Assembly: GCA_951406725.2 (NCBI GenBank)
Contig: OX597824.1
Coordinates: 13,144,001-13,208,000, forward strand
Reading direction: 5' to 3'
DNA from: Octopus vulgaris
Taxonomy: Eukaryota
DNA length: 64,000 nucleotides
The notes under the pieces were generated by a model. It searched no databases and had not been told where the DNA came from. It worked only from the letters and a program-made list of their open reading frames with translations. Shown in pieces: positions 27,150-40,003 of the stretch (positions within the stretch are counted from its first letter, which is position 1; every line of letters begins with the position of its first letter). A program made the position numbers and the translations under genes.

Positions 27150-28030
27150 AGAAAATTCTGGAATCCTGAGCATTTAAACGGGCTTATGTATCTCATTTCA
27201 GTTTCACTGTAGCATGACGTTCGAAGATGTACTTCGAAATTTGAGTCATGTTTGCAAATCACTTCATTTGCAACTGCAATTGGTACGTCCCCAAATGGTA
27301 TTTAAGGTCAGTGGAAGCATTCAGCAGTCGGTTGGAAAATCTTTGAGACCATTAACTGCCTCCAACTTTTATCCCGTTTCCTGTTGAGTAATGCATATCT
27401 GCCATTTGCTCCAAACACTGGTGAAATACAACCACCTGATAACGACCATACACTAAATAATTCACGGGAGAATTGTGTTTCATGTAGAAAAAAACCTCTC
27501 CTACTTTTGTGCCAAATCGGAGCATATTACATGTACAAAATCGGAACATATCAAATGTCACCTAATGGAGACATTTGCTGATTTTTCCCGACCATACATA
27601 TAAAAGATGGACTTCTCCAATCAAAATCAAGTGTATTAAGTGTAATAAAAGACGTACAAGCTCTCGAAATACATCTATGTAATACTCGTGTCTGATACAT
27701 TATTGGAAATGCTTGATCTTTATTTTTCCATAGTATCCAATTCCAGACTGAATATCGGTGAATGAATGGAATCCAATAAGGGCTGACGCCACATCAAAGT
27801 CATGCTGAATACAAAAGGGCTTGCTATCAAGAGTGCAAATTTTATCACTACAATTATTGTAGAAGAGAAGTGATTTAAACTTCTGCGAACAGATAATGAG
27901 TACATCAGTGTCACACAATATATAGTGATGCTATTATAGATAAGGTGAACTCCAATGGCGTTTACTGATGTAGATTCTTCAGAACATATTTTGCAAATAC
28001 GAGTTTTCTCTTTTTCTTGACCATAATACA
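27150..28030 (-). pseudogene. Decayed Academ-like DNA transposase remnant (XPG/PIN-like + Cys-rich C-terminus)
   Basis: Minus-strand fragments QEKEKTRI (~EEADTR), CDTDVLII and ALIGFHSFT...YYGKIK (~GFHAFTGCD..F.GKGK), with downstream Cys-rich remnants; many stops and frameshifts. Confidence 0.55.
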
Positions 28031-28982
28031 GTAAAAAAATTGTTTTAAACTTTTTATGGCTCTCTTGAATGTTCATAAAACTCTCAGCTGAAACTCTCAA
28101 GCATGGAAAAAGTATTCAACAAATTACTCGGCGATCTTTCGATACTAGATACATAGCTGACACTTATAAACCCACGTGGGTTTTGTTTACATTTTAAGAA
28201 GATCGTCACCTTCCGTAATTTTTTATATATATATGTGTGGTTAGGGTTACGGTTACGGTTACGGTTAGGGGTGGGAGGAACGGTTTCTTTTTTCTTCAGA
28301 AATGTAAATAAACCCACGTGGGTTTATAAGTGACAGCTATGTATCTAGTACCGAAAGATCGCCAATTATTCTTTATTCTCTCCTGCACTCAAGAATTGCA
28401 GGACCGGTTGCTTCTGGTTTGTGTCATTTGATGACGAGTATATCTGTAGAAGTATAACGTCTTTTCTCTCCCTCCTTGATGCTTATGTCGTACATGTCAA
28501 GAAATGGACCTTGCCCCTTGTCTGTTAGCTATTTTCAATAGATTCTGTAAAAGAAAACTTGCTAGAAATAGGAGATAGAAGAGCGAAATTTGTAACGAGA
28601 TCATTCACCTGTCGATCATCCAAAGCGTTTTTGTAACTATTAAATAAACAACAATCTTTTCTGTTGCAGATACAATATGGGATATAAATGAAGTACATTG
28701 TTTTTATGACAAAAATTAGGGGCAAGGAACAAAAGCAGTAAACCGTGAGGTGTTGAAGCTATATGCTCCAAAATTTAGCAATAAAACTAACCAACTAATC
28801 ATGCAAAGGTTCCTATATGTCTCCAATGTCATCGGCTTTCTTTTAACTCGTACTTGCAAAATATGCTCTGAAGAATCTACATCAGTAAACGCCATTGGAG
28901 TTCACCTTATCTATAATAGCATCACTATATATTGTGTGACACTGATGTACTCATTATCTGTTCGCAGAAGTTTAAATCACTT
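27868..28982. repeat. 138-bp inverted duplication (27868-28005 / 28845-28982)
   Basis: Near-identical reverse complements; the same peptide is seen on both strands in the ORF track. Confidence 0.9.
28130..28363. mobile_element. MITE with ~65-bp TIRs, GG termini and 8-bp TSD (Merlin-like)
   Basis: ggcgatctttcgatactagatacatagctg... / ...cagctatgtatctagtaccgaaagatcgcc; flanks aattactc / aattattc. Confidence 0.85.
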
Positions 28983-30064
28983 TTAACTTTTAACTTATGT
29001 AATTAGCTTTTTTGTGGCTACATTACGGCTGGGTAATTCTGACACTTAGTTGTGTCGAGGGAAACGACGCTTTCCTGCTGACATTTTCCTTTACGAATGG
29101 ATCTCGTTTCGTTTTATCAGGAGCAACAAAATAAATCCGTACACAATCAGTATAATCAGCATAAGGTTACATATGCTATATATCGAAGTAATGACGTCTT
29201 TTACATCGTTCTTATCAAGTCCAATCCTACTGTGGCCTCCTCTAGGAAGATTTGACATTTTCTTCATTCTCTTTTTCCCATTCCTTGACATCAGTCGCAT
29301 TCTATGATGTATTTGCAGTTCTCTTATACCTTATCGCTAACCTTTTCTACAATAGGCACAAGACCTAAAATTTTGGAGAAGTTGGCTAGGTCGATTTCAC
29401 CAACCCACCCAAATTTGTCTCCAAATTATTTCATCGTTCCCGAAGAATGAAAGCGAATGCCAGCCTCGGTGGAATTTTAAATTAGAACATAAAAACAGAT
29501 GAAATGCCGCTAAGCATTTGTCCGGTTTGCAATCGATTTTACCTTGTTCATAATATAGCTGTCTCACACCTGTTCCATCACCTATATAATGCAGCTGTCT
29601 CGCACCTGTCCCGTCAGCTACATAATAAACACTTACATTAGTAACATTGCAAAGAGATATTATAGAGAAGGTATTGAACTACCTGCCAAACTGTTTCTCA
29701 CAAGAGAAAGGTGAGAATCCAGTAAATGTAACCCACAGTTAGATATAAACATATATATTTATATATGAAGAGATAATCATAATATTTGGTAAAAATTATT
29801 TATTTAACGCTTTCATATTTTCTGAGAGATTAATCATGGATGATATATTCACAGAAAATTCATATCTTTTATGTATGTATACATAAAAATCACTGAGACA
29901 ATCGATTTTATACATTTACTGAAGGCTTACAAATATTTTATGGATTAACCGTATTAATCGATTGATCCATGGATCTATTGATTAATGTGATGGAACTATG
30001 GAAGAAAATCCCTCCAATACATATCCAAAACATTTGTAAGCGACCAATAAATGTATAAAACCCT

Positions 30065-30267
30065 ACTCTTTTGCTCTTTTACTTGTTTCAGTCATTTGAC
30101 TGCGGCCATGCTGGAGCACCGTCTTTAGTCGAGCAAATCGACCCCACGACTTATTCTTTGTAAGCTTTGTACTTACTCTATCGGTGTATTTTGCCGAACC
30201 GCTAAGTTACGGGAACGTAAACACACCAGCATCGGTTGCCAAGCGATGTTGAGGGGGACAAACACAA

Positions 30268-30351
<84 letters not shown>

Positions 30352-30513
30352 GACGGGTTTCTTTTAGTTTCCGTCTACCAAATACACTCACAAGGCTTTG
30401 GTCGGCCCGAGGATATAGTAGAAGACACAAGCCCAATGTGCCACGCAGTGGGTCTGAACGCGGAGCCATGTGGTTTGTACGCAAGCTACTTACCACACAG
30501 CCACTCCTACGCC
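30065..30513 (-). mobile_element. SINE family B
   Basis: Homologue of 12871-13320. Confidence 0.85.
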
Positions 30514-31802
30514 TAATTGTGAATTTTTTTATATCACTTTGTAGCAATAAAGCAAAATAACTTGGTAGCAGGATCGCGAATTTACAAATTTGAGTGGTGG
30601 CAGGTTTTGAGTCAGGATTAACTGGAATCCAACATCGATGTATAATGGTTACTATGGAAATTATTAATTAAACAAAGAAAACAACACTACAAAGATTTCA
30701 ACGGTTATTTGACTTAGAAGCACATGCGCGCGCACGCACGCAAACACACACACACAAACACATGCCAGTGCGTGTGTGCAGACGTGTGTATAGATTTCCC
30801 TGACACGTAACCAAAGGATCTAAATAGGATCAGGAAAAAACACCCCGAAATTTCCTGTTGTTGGAGTAATGTTTCCTGCAATATTTGCCAAACCAAGTTA
30901 ATGACTCTCCCTTATCATTCTAGAATTACAATTAAAATAATGTTTAAAATGTTGGTCCAATTGCAAAAACAAATAAATATTTGACAGGCGTAGCTGTGTG
31001 GTAAGAAGTTTGCTTCCTAACCACACAGTTGCGATTTCCCTGTCACTATGTGGTACTTGAACAAAGGCATTGTACTGCATCATCGAAACGGCCACATGAG
31101 TGCATCCGGTAAACAGAAACTGAAAGTAGCCCGTCATGCACACACACACATACAGATATACAAACAAACAAACAAACACACACCTCATGAACGGAATGTT
31201 TCATCCAAGAAAATACTGGTTCAATACCCTGTATTTTGGGGGAATTAATATATAAAAACAAATAGTTTATAGCCATATAAAAGAAGAAAGAGAAAATGGC
31301 GATTGGGAAGTTAATAATTGTTTATTATTAGCAGCACATTAACCATCAACCCTTACAGCTGTTTCAATTGATACAGCTCTAAAAGATGATGACTAATTTG
31401 CTGTTAATTATAAATAATGATTAACTTCCCAATCTCTCCATTTTTTCTCTTCTTGTATATGTGTTGGTGTGTTTAAATTCCCGTAACATAGCGATTCGGC
31501 AAAGGATAACAATTAGAATAAGTACAAAGCATAGGCGGAATTTAATGGCTGAAGAAGTAAAAAGTTTTTTTAAAAAATCTAAAACGGTACGTCTGTTTTC
31601 CTCGCGCTTAAGCATTTATTTCTTGGCTGTAAATTGAATAGATTTCTGCCACGAATTAAACCAGCAATTATCGCTCTTAACCTCATTTTATATCAGACAC
31701 CTCTCCTGAAGTCGACTTTTCTCGTCTCTTTCACTATTTCTAAAATGAAAACCAACTTAGTACACTGAGTACATCCAGCTTGCTGATAGATTGTTACCAG
31801 AA

Positions 31803-32221
31803 AAGGCGGCGAGCTGGCAGAAATGTTAGCACACCGGACGAAATGCTGAGCGGTATTTCGTCTGCCGTTACGCTCTGAGTTCAAATTCCGCCGAGGTCTA
31901 CTTTGCCTTTCATCCTTACGAGGTCGATAAAATTAAGTACCAGTTACGCACTAGTGTCGATATAATCGACTTAATCCGTTTCTCTGTCCTTGTTTGTCCT
32001 CTCTGTGTTTAGCCCCTTGTGGGTATTAAAGAAATAGGTATTTCGTCTACCGCTACGTTCTGAGTTCAAATTTCACCGAGGTCGACTTTGCCTTTCATCC
32101 TTTCGGGGTCGATAAATGAAGTACCAGTTTCGCACTGGGGTCGATGTAATCGACTTAATCCCTTTGGCTGTCCTTGTTTGTCCCCTCTGTGTTTAGCTCC
32201 TTGTGGGCAATAAAGAGATAT
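31803..32221 (+). mobile_element. SINE family A with internal tandem duplication; 13-bp TSD attgttaccagaa
   Basis: Two core/tail units with a 185-bp period; flanking direct repeat. Confidence 0.88.
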
Positions 32222-32986
32222 ATATTGTTACCAGAATTGAATTAAAAGTATCTTGAAATAAGCTTTATAAATATAATTTCTAGTTATCGTTATTATAAAA
32301 GAACAATAGAGCGATTTTAGCTAGCAATTATTTGACTCACTAACATAACTGTCTTTGTGTCTTACTCTCCTTCATTCTCTCTATTCGTCATTCCATATTT
32401 TCTTAAATGGGTTATTTGTTAGCGTATTGTAAAAATCTGTTTATAATATAGTCATAGATGTTTTGTCGCACTAATATATTAAAGCATTAATGTTCTATAA
32501 AGATTTAAAATTTGTAAGTATGAATAGGTTACAGCAGTTATATTAATTGTTCGTAATTGTATATAGGCTCATGTGCATAATACCTTCGTACATGCATCGA
32601 TAATCACAGCTCCATACATGCATGCATCATGTGCATAGCGAACACACAAGGTCGCATATGCAGTATGCTTTTTGTCGCTTCAACGAACGCTTACAAACGA
32701 GAAAATCGGAATGACAAGAAAGTGAACACCCGAGGTCAAATAAACATATTCTATAACATATACTGTGTAATTGCTTTTCAGCTGTATGCTCAGACGTATG
32801 TGTATAATATACAATATAATATAGTAATATAAAATAATATAATATAATATAATATAGAATCATATGATGTAATATAATATAATATAATATGATATAATAT
32901 AATATAATATAATATATTATAATATAATATATTATATTATAATGTAATATAATATATTAAAATGCAATATAATATAATATAAAATA

Positions 32987-33288
32987 CGAGCTGTATCGCC
33001 CGGCGTTGCTCGGGTTTGTAAGGGAAATAACTATATAAGCATTTTTAGAGAGTTACTTCCCTTATATAATAGCAAAAAAATGCATTAAAAATGGGAAAAA
33101 ATTATGGTAATTTTTTTAAAAATCGTAGACTCATTGTAGACGCGCGCTAATACCCAGAAGGGCTCGATATGAATCACGACTATAAGATACCCGCTTTTGG
33201 TTAAACTGCACCGCAAAATGTGGGAGTAGTTAGGAATCTAAATCGTAGGAGACAGACACTCACACAACTTCACTTTTATATATAAAGA
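32987..33288 (-). mobile_element. Non-autonomous Helitron-like element in (AATAT)n
   Basis: Minus strand begins A|TCTTTATATATAAAA and ends with the GC hairpin cccgagcaacgccggg followed by CTCG|T (CTRR-like); inserted between A and T with no TSD. Confidence 0.7.
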
Positions 33289-33477
33289 TATAATATAATA
33301 ATATAATATAAAAGATATAATATAATGATAAAAGGTACAATATAATGCAATATTGATATAATAATGATATAAGATATAATATGATATAATATGATGTAAA
33401 ATGATATAAGATATAATATGATGTAATATGATATAATATTATATTATACTACATATTATGTGATAAAATATATTATA

Positions 33478-33924
33478 TGAGGCGTTTAGTAACAACGTCG
33501 TAAGAGTCACAACTTAAAAACCGAAAAAAAAACCCCACAAAGTTTCGCGACTTTCAGAATGCGATATCTCGGTAAGAGATGAGGTTAGGAAGCTGGTTTT
33601 GGTCTGAAAATGACTGTGAGATAATAGCCTATTATCGTTACGATGGTAATGGAAATATTAGAAAATGAGCCAGAATACAACGCAAAACGATGCAGTGACC
33701 ATAACAGAGTTATTGATTGAGCACCTGTGCTTACGATGGTGTTTTACTAAACTCTCTGGTCCGAGTTTGGGTGAACGAGTGTCGTGTCAATAGCGTCGAA
33801 GTACATTTGTTTTCGACCTTATTGCAAGCCTCCCAACTTTTTCGGATTCTAGACAATGAGACAAAGAAAATGATATACTAACCTCGGAAATGGCGCTTCC
33901 GACACTCTGTTACTAAACGCTTCA
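33478..33924. mobile_element. MITE-like element with ~30-bp imperfect TIRs, TA-flanked
   Basis: tgaggcgtttagtaaca... / ...tgttactaaacgcttca. Confidence 0.6.
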
Positions 33925-34069
33925 TATAATATAATATAATATAATATAATATAATATAATATAATATTATATGATATAATATACTATACTAGTATATTTA
34001 TGTATATAAGTGTGTGTGCGTCTGTGTGTGTTTGTGTGCGTGTGTGTCTGTCTGTGTATGTGTGTCTGC

Positions 34070-34121
<52 letters not shown>

Positions 34122-34624
34122 ATGTATATGTATGTATGTGTATATATATATGTAGTACGATATGATATTTATATATTAGTTGAATCAGTTTCGTGGTGCT
34201 ATGAGCTTGTGGGTATACAGGGTCTCGATTAGAAAAGTTACGAGGATTTTGTGCAACCACAACTGGCACTCAGACAAATAACAGATTAACTCGACAAAAA
34301 TTAAGACTATGGTACAGAGCATTCTTCTTCATATTTAGTCTTGTCGCTTCTTTATATTTTAATATATTACTACTTAACATATTATTTAGACTCAGTCTAT
34401 TTTCCCATGCATTTTGCTTATATTTATACTTAAAAAAATTGAACTATGTCCGCTTAAGAAACTATTTTCGGTATATTAAGTAGTTATTTTTCCTTTCAAT
34501 AATAAGAACATTCCCGTGTATATATTGGATATAAACCTTCGTATAGGGTGTGCCAGAAGTTGCAGTTTTCTAAGGGAATCAGAATAAAGTTGATGAAATA
34601 CATCAACATTCTATGACTGTATTA

Positions 34625-34918
34625 TTTGTTCCTTCTCGAGCCATGCCTGGCTTATAAGGGCCGGTTTCCCGGTTTCATTGGTGTATAGGTTCCACACCTG
34701 GACGGGACGTCTGTCCATCGCAGCTGAGCTGCAAGATGCAGGAGGAAAGAGTGAAAGAAAGTTGTGGCGAAAGAGTCAGCAGAAGTACGCCATTACCTTC
34801 TGCCGGAGTCGCGTGGAGATTAGGTGTTTCGCTCATAAACACACACATCCACCCAGTCTGAGATTCGAACCCTCGATCCCTTGACCGCTGCTCTAACCAC
34901 TTGGTCATGTGCGTCCAC
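34625..34918 (-). mobile_element. SINE family C
   Basis: Homologue of 2983-3252; flanking ctatgact direct repeat. Confidence 0.78.
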
Positions 34919-34983
34919 CTATGACTATATAATAGATATTAATTTTGTTAATTTAAAATACCCATTTCATCGTTTCAGAAATG

Positions 34984-35358
34984 GAAGCACTCCGTCGGTT
35001 ACGACGACGAGGATTCCGGTTGATCCGATCAACGGAACAGCCTGCTCGTGAAATTAACGTGTAAGTGGCTGAGCACTCCACAGACACGTGTACCCTTAAC
35101 GTAGTTCTCGGGGATATTCAGCGTGACACAGAGAGTGACAAGGCCGGCCCTTTGAAATACAGGTACAACAGAAACAGAAAGTAAGAGTGAGAGAAAGTTG
35201 TGGTGAAAGAGTACAGCAGGGATCACCACCATCCCTGCCGGAGCCTCGTGGAGAGTTTTAGGTGTTTTCGCTCAATAAACACTCACAACGCCCGGTCTGG
35301 GAATCGAAACCGCGATCCTACAACCGCGAGTCCGCTGCCCTAACCACTGCGCCTCCAC
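34984..35358 (-). mobile_element. SINE family C-related; TSD cgtttcagaaat
   Basis: tRNA-like head on the minus strand (tggttagggcagcggactcgcgg...ggtttcgattcc); shares gaaagttgtgg.gaaagagt with family C. Confidence 0.75.
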
Positions 35359-35559
35359 CGTTTCAGAAATATTTCATGCATCACACGTAACGTACTGAAT
35401 TTATTTTATAAAAGTTGTAAAAACGCTGTGGTCACATTAGGTGACCACAGCGTTGGAAATGTTATATGCAAAGACCAATCTACGACAAAATCGAAATTTC
35501 ACAAATCAGTTTGGACTAAACAGAGTATTTGCATGAAATTCAAATCTGGTCGGCCCCAC

Positions 35560-35815
35560 TCTTAGAAAAGATCAATGAAACGTTCAGCATTCGAATGTAT
35601 TCGACCATGCAACATTTATTTATATGTGCAAAGCTAGTGATATTCCCTTCACGTGGATTACGGCCATACATAATTACTTTGCTGAAATCAGTTACACTTG
35701 ATGATAATAAAAAAACCTTGCAACGTGCTCAATAGATAACGAATACTCGAAACTTGCCCAGAAATATCTATTGGTGTGATGAATTCAGTTTTTATCTTGA
35801 TGGGTTGGTTAATAT
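35560..35815 (+). pseudogene. Highly decayed Tc1/mariner-superfamily transposase fragment
   Basis: GLRPYIITLLKSVTLDDNKK followed, after a frameshift, by WCDEFSFYLDGLVN (~FSDEA.F.L.G.VN). Confidence 0.45.
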
Positions 35816-36058
35816 TCTCAGGTGATGTTTACATTGTACTTTTATCATTTTTCTAAAGTAATTTGAGTGCTTCATATCGAGTGTATAAATTCAGTTATTA
35901 ATTAACGGAATTAATGATATCTTAAATACATAAAATATAACCTTCCATTATACCAGCATAAACTCATGAAATATTTCATCTTTTTTATTGGTTAAATCTT
36001 TTAGTAGCTTATTAAAAAGATAATACATCTTCTCCCTCTTTCAATCTCTTATACATAC

Positions 36059-36108
<50 letters not shown>

Positions 36109-36157
36109 GTATACTCATATACATATATCTAAGTATGTACATAATATATATATATAT

Positions 36158-36234
<77 letters not shown>

Positions 36235-37315
36235 TATATACATATATACATATATATATATATGTATATATATACACATATATATATATATATGTTTATA
36301 TACATATATGTTTATATATATATGTATATATATATATATATATGTATGTATGTGTATATATATTATATACATATATGTGTGTGTGTGAGTGTGTGTGTAT
36401 GTGTGTGTGTGTGTGTGTTCATCATGAAAACATTGTTTGTCATTAAATAGCGTAAAGACTTTGAAACTTCTAACAGATAAAGTATTTTTAATCACGTGTA
36501 ATCGATATTCAATTAAGAATATAATATACACTAAATTCATAAATTACTTAGTACCTTCGCAACTGTTTGTTGTCTCTCCAAAATCTAATTGGTCATTAAA
36601 GCATTTCTTCAGATAATTCCCTTAGATCTATAGCTTAACAGTCCACGCCCATTGATTCTCGTATATTTGCGAGGTTTATAGCAATGTTTTGCGATATACA
36701 TTATACAGTATTTATGTGTTTACATATACGTACCGTCTCCCATATATATATATATACATGCATATATATATACAAACATAGATATATACATGGGAACATA
36801 AATACATGCATACATGTATATATGTGTGTACATATATTACACAAAGATTATAGTGTGATCAAACAGTATTGGGAAAAAATACAACAGCAAAAATACGGAT
36901 AAAATAAAACCTCACAACGTATAATTTCCAATTTAGCTAACATACTTAGACACAAATAAACGGTTGTGAGCAATATTAATATATTAAGGAAATATTAAGC
37001 AGATAAGTAAATGTTTGCGAATAAATGCTCACTCTAAACTTTTTACGCACACACACACACACACACACAAATGATTCGTTCAGGTTTAGCAACACTAAAG
37101 TGTGGTTGTTAGAAGTCCATATACGTATGCTTCAGAATAAAGCGTTATTTAAAGTACAGCGTTAAATATGAAATTAAATAAATGACAAAAAAGAATGCAG
37201 CGAATTTCCTTATTCTACTGCTGACCCCGCTATACGCTGCACGTATATATCACGTAATAGTCAGTAATACATACATACATACATACATACATACATACAT
37301 ACATACATACATACA

Positions 37316-37376
<61 letters not shown>

Positions 37377-37380
<4 letters not shown>

Positions 37381-37559
37381 TGCTATATTTCGGAATGGTC
37401 ATTTTGCAAGTTTAGCCAATAAAAACACACGCACTATATATTTGGTGTTATTTTGCTTCAGTGTTATTTATTTTTTACATTAATCTTATTTCGGCCAGAG
37501 TCCTTTCGTCACACTCCTGGCTAAACTTGCAAAATGACCATTCCGAAATATAACAATAT
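37377..37559. repeat. 42-bp inverted repeat pair (37377-37418 / 37518-37559)
   Basis: atattgctatatttcggaatggtcattttgcaagtttagcca / tggctaaacttgcaaaatgaccattccgaaatataacaatat. Confidence 0.85.
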
Positions 37560-37611
37560 CTGTTTCAACACACGACTTCACATAAAAATCTTGCACAAGA
37601 AATATATGAAC

Positions 37612-37649
<38 letters not shown>

Positions 37650-37809
37650 CAAGGGATATTAGCCAACTGAATATGGCTAGGGACAGGGCAGGGTGGTGGG
37701 GGTGTCACTGTTGCATTTAGCCCCAGGCAAACATCAACGTCACCAGATAGGCCGACGCCATCACGGCGTCCTCTATCTTGCAAAGGGAGATCATCCACCA
37801 AGAAGCGGA

Positions 37810-37863
37810 TACCACACACGGACCTAGGTTTCAAGGTGTATTGCCTATTATCAACGTGTGGTA
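37810..37863 (-). ncRNA. Type I hammerhead ribozyme motif (U3:A8 variant)
   Basis: Minus strand reads cacacg-TTGATAA-tagg caataca cctt-GAAAC-ctag-GTC-cgtgtg. Confidence 0.7.
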
Positions 37864-38288
37864 GGCATCGCTTCTCGATGAACGACCAACTGTGCAAGAT
37901 ATATATAAGGATTTTCAAGTAAATACATTTACTGATTTCGAAAATCTGTTCGACAGCAATAATAATTCTCTAAATGAGATATAGACAGTAACTCCTCCAT
38001 AATATAAGGGACATTAGCCAACCGAATATGGCTAGGGACAGGGCAGGGTGGTGGGGGTGTCACTGTTGCATTTAGCCCCAGGCGAACATCAACGTCACCA
38101 GATAGGCCGACACCATCACGGCGTCCTCTATCTTGATGTTCGCCTGGGGCTAAATGCAACAGTGACACCCCCACCACCCTGGACCTAGCCATATTCAGTT
38201 GGCTAATATCCCTTATATTATGGAGCAGTCACTGTCTATATCTCATTTAGAGAATTATTATTGCTATATATATATATATATATATCAA

Positions 38289-38340
<52 letters not shown>

Positions 38341-38532
38341 AATATATATATACAGTAACTCCTCCATAATATAAGGGATATTAGCCAACTGAATATGGCT
38401 AGGGACAGGGCAGGGTGGTGGGGGTGTCACTGTTGCATTTAGCCCCAGGCGAACATCAACGTCATCAGATAGGCCTGACGCCATCACGGCGTCCTTTATC
38501 TTGCAAAGGGAGATCATCCACCAAGAAGCGGA

Positions 38533-38586
38533 TACCACACACGGACCTAGGTTTCAAGGTGTATTGCCTATTATCAACGTGTGGTA
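38533..38586 (-). ncRNA. Type I hammerhead ribozyme motif (U3:A8 variant)
   Basis: Identical to 37810-37863. Confidence 0.7.
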
Positions 38587-38700
38587 GGCATCGCTTCTCG
38601 ATGAACGACCAACTGTGCAAGATATATATAAGGATTTTCAAGTAAATACATTTACTGATTTCGAAAATCTGTTCGACAGCAATAATAATTCTCTAAATGA

Positions 38701-38793
<93 letters not shown>

Positions 38794-39076
38794 TGAATGC
38801 ATGCATGCGTATATAGATTGGCCTGACGCCATCACGGCGTCCTCTATCTTGATGTTCGCCTGGGGCTAAATGCAACAGTGACACCCCCACCACCCTGCCC
38901 TGTCCCTAGCCATATTCAGTTGGCTAATATCCCTTATATTATGGAGGAGTTACTGTCTATATCTCATTTAGAGAATTATTATTGCTGTCGAACAGATTTT
39001 CGAAATCAGTAAATGTATTTACTTGAAAATCCTATATATATCTTGCACAGTTGGTCGTTCATCGAGAAGCGATGCC

Positions 39077-39130
39077 TACCACACGTTGATAATAGGCAAT
39101 ACACCTTGAAACCTAGGTCCGTGTGTGGTA
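39077..39130 (+). ncRNA. Type I hammerhead ribozyme motif (U3:A8 variant); predicted cleavage after C39119
   Basis: taccacacg TTGATAA taggcaatacacctt GAAAC ctag GTC cgtgtgtggta; helix I cacacg/cgtgtg, helix II agg/cct, palindromic helix III acctaggt. Confidence 0.72.
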
Positions 39131-39374
39131 TCCGCTTCTTGGTGGATGATCTCCCTTTGCAAGATAGAGGACGCCGTGATGGTGTCAGGCCTATCTGGTG
39201 ACGTTGATGTTCGCTGACATAAAGAGAATAGACAGTGCGCTTCTAGTCCAAAAGCTTGGGCATTTCCGTTAGTGAGAGAATGCCAGTGAGTGGAGTGGTC
39301 CTACTCTGGATGATGTCAAGAATCTTTGTGTATGTACTTTGGTTTCATATAAACATTAACATACTAATAGATTG

Positions 39375-39420
<46 letters not shown>

Positions 39421-39832
39421 TTTTTCTTCTTTACTACCACAAGGGGCTAAGCAGAGGATAAGATCGTTAATTTAAACAATAACGATATTATCAAGTGGCC
39501 AAATGGAAATAAAAACATTCAAAGGTAATAATTACTATTAAAATTATAACTTAGGGTATCTACGAGATACCGCCATGCTGAAAATAGCAGCCAGGATATG
39601 ACTCAGAGTAGTATAGAGAGTCGAGAGTTGAAATACGGCTACGCATTTCGCCCGGCGTGCTAACGTTTCTGCCAGCTCGCCGCCTATGTATGTATGTATG
39701 TATGTATGTATGTATGTATCTATCTATCTATCTATCTATGTATGCTCTCTCTTGTCTCTCTGTATGTATGTATGTATGTATGTATGTATGTATGTATGTA
39801 TGTATGTATGTATGTATATATGTATGTATGTA

Positions 39833-39868
<36 letters not shown>

Positions 39869-39878
39869 TGTATGTATG

Positions 39879-39912
<34 letters not shown>

Positions 39913-40003
39913 TGTATGTATGTATGTATGTATGTATGTATGTATGTATGTATGTATGTATGTATGTATGCATGCATGCATGCATGCATGTATGTATGTA
40001 TGT

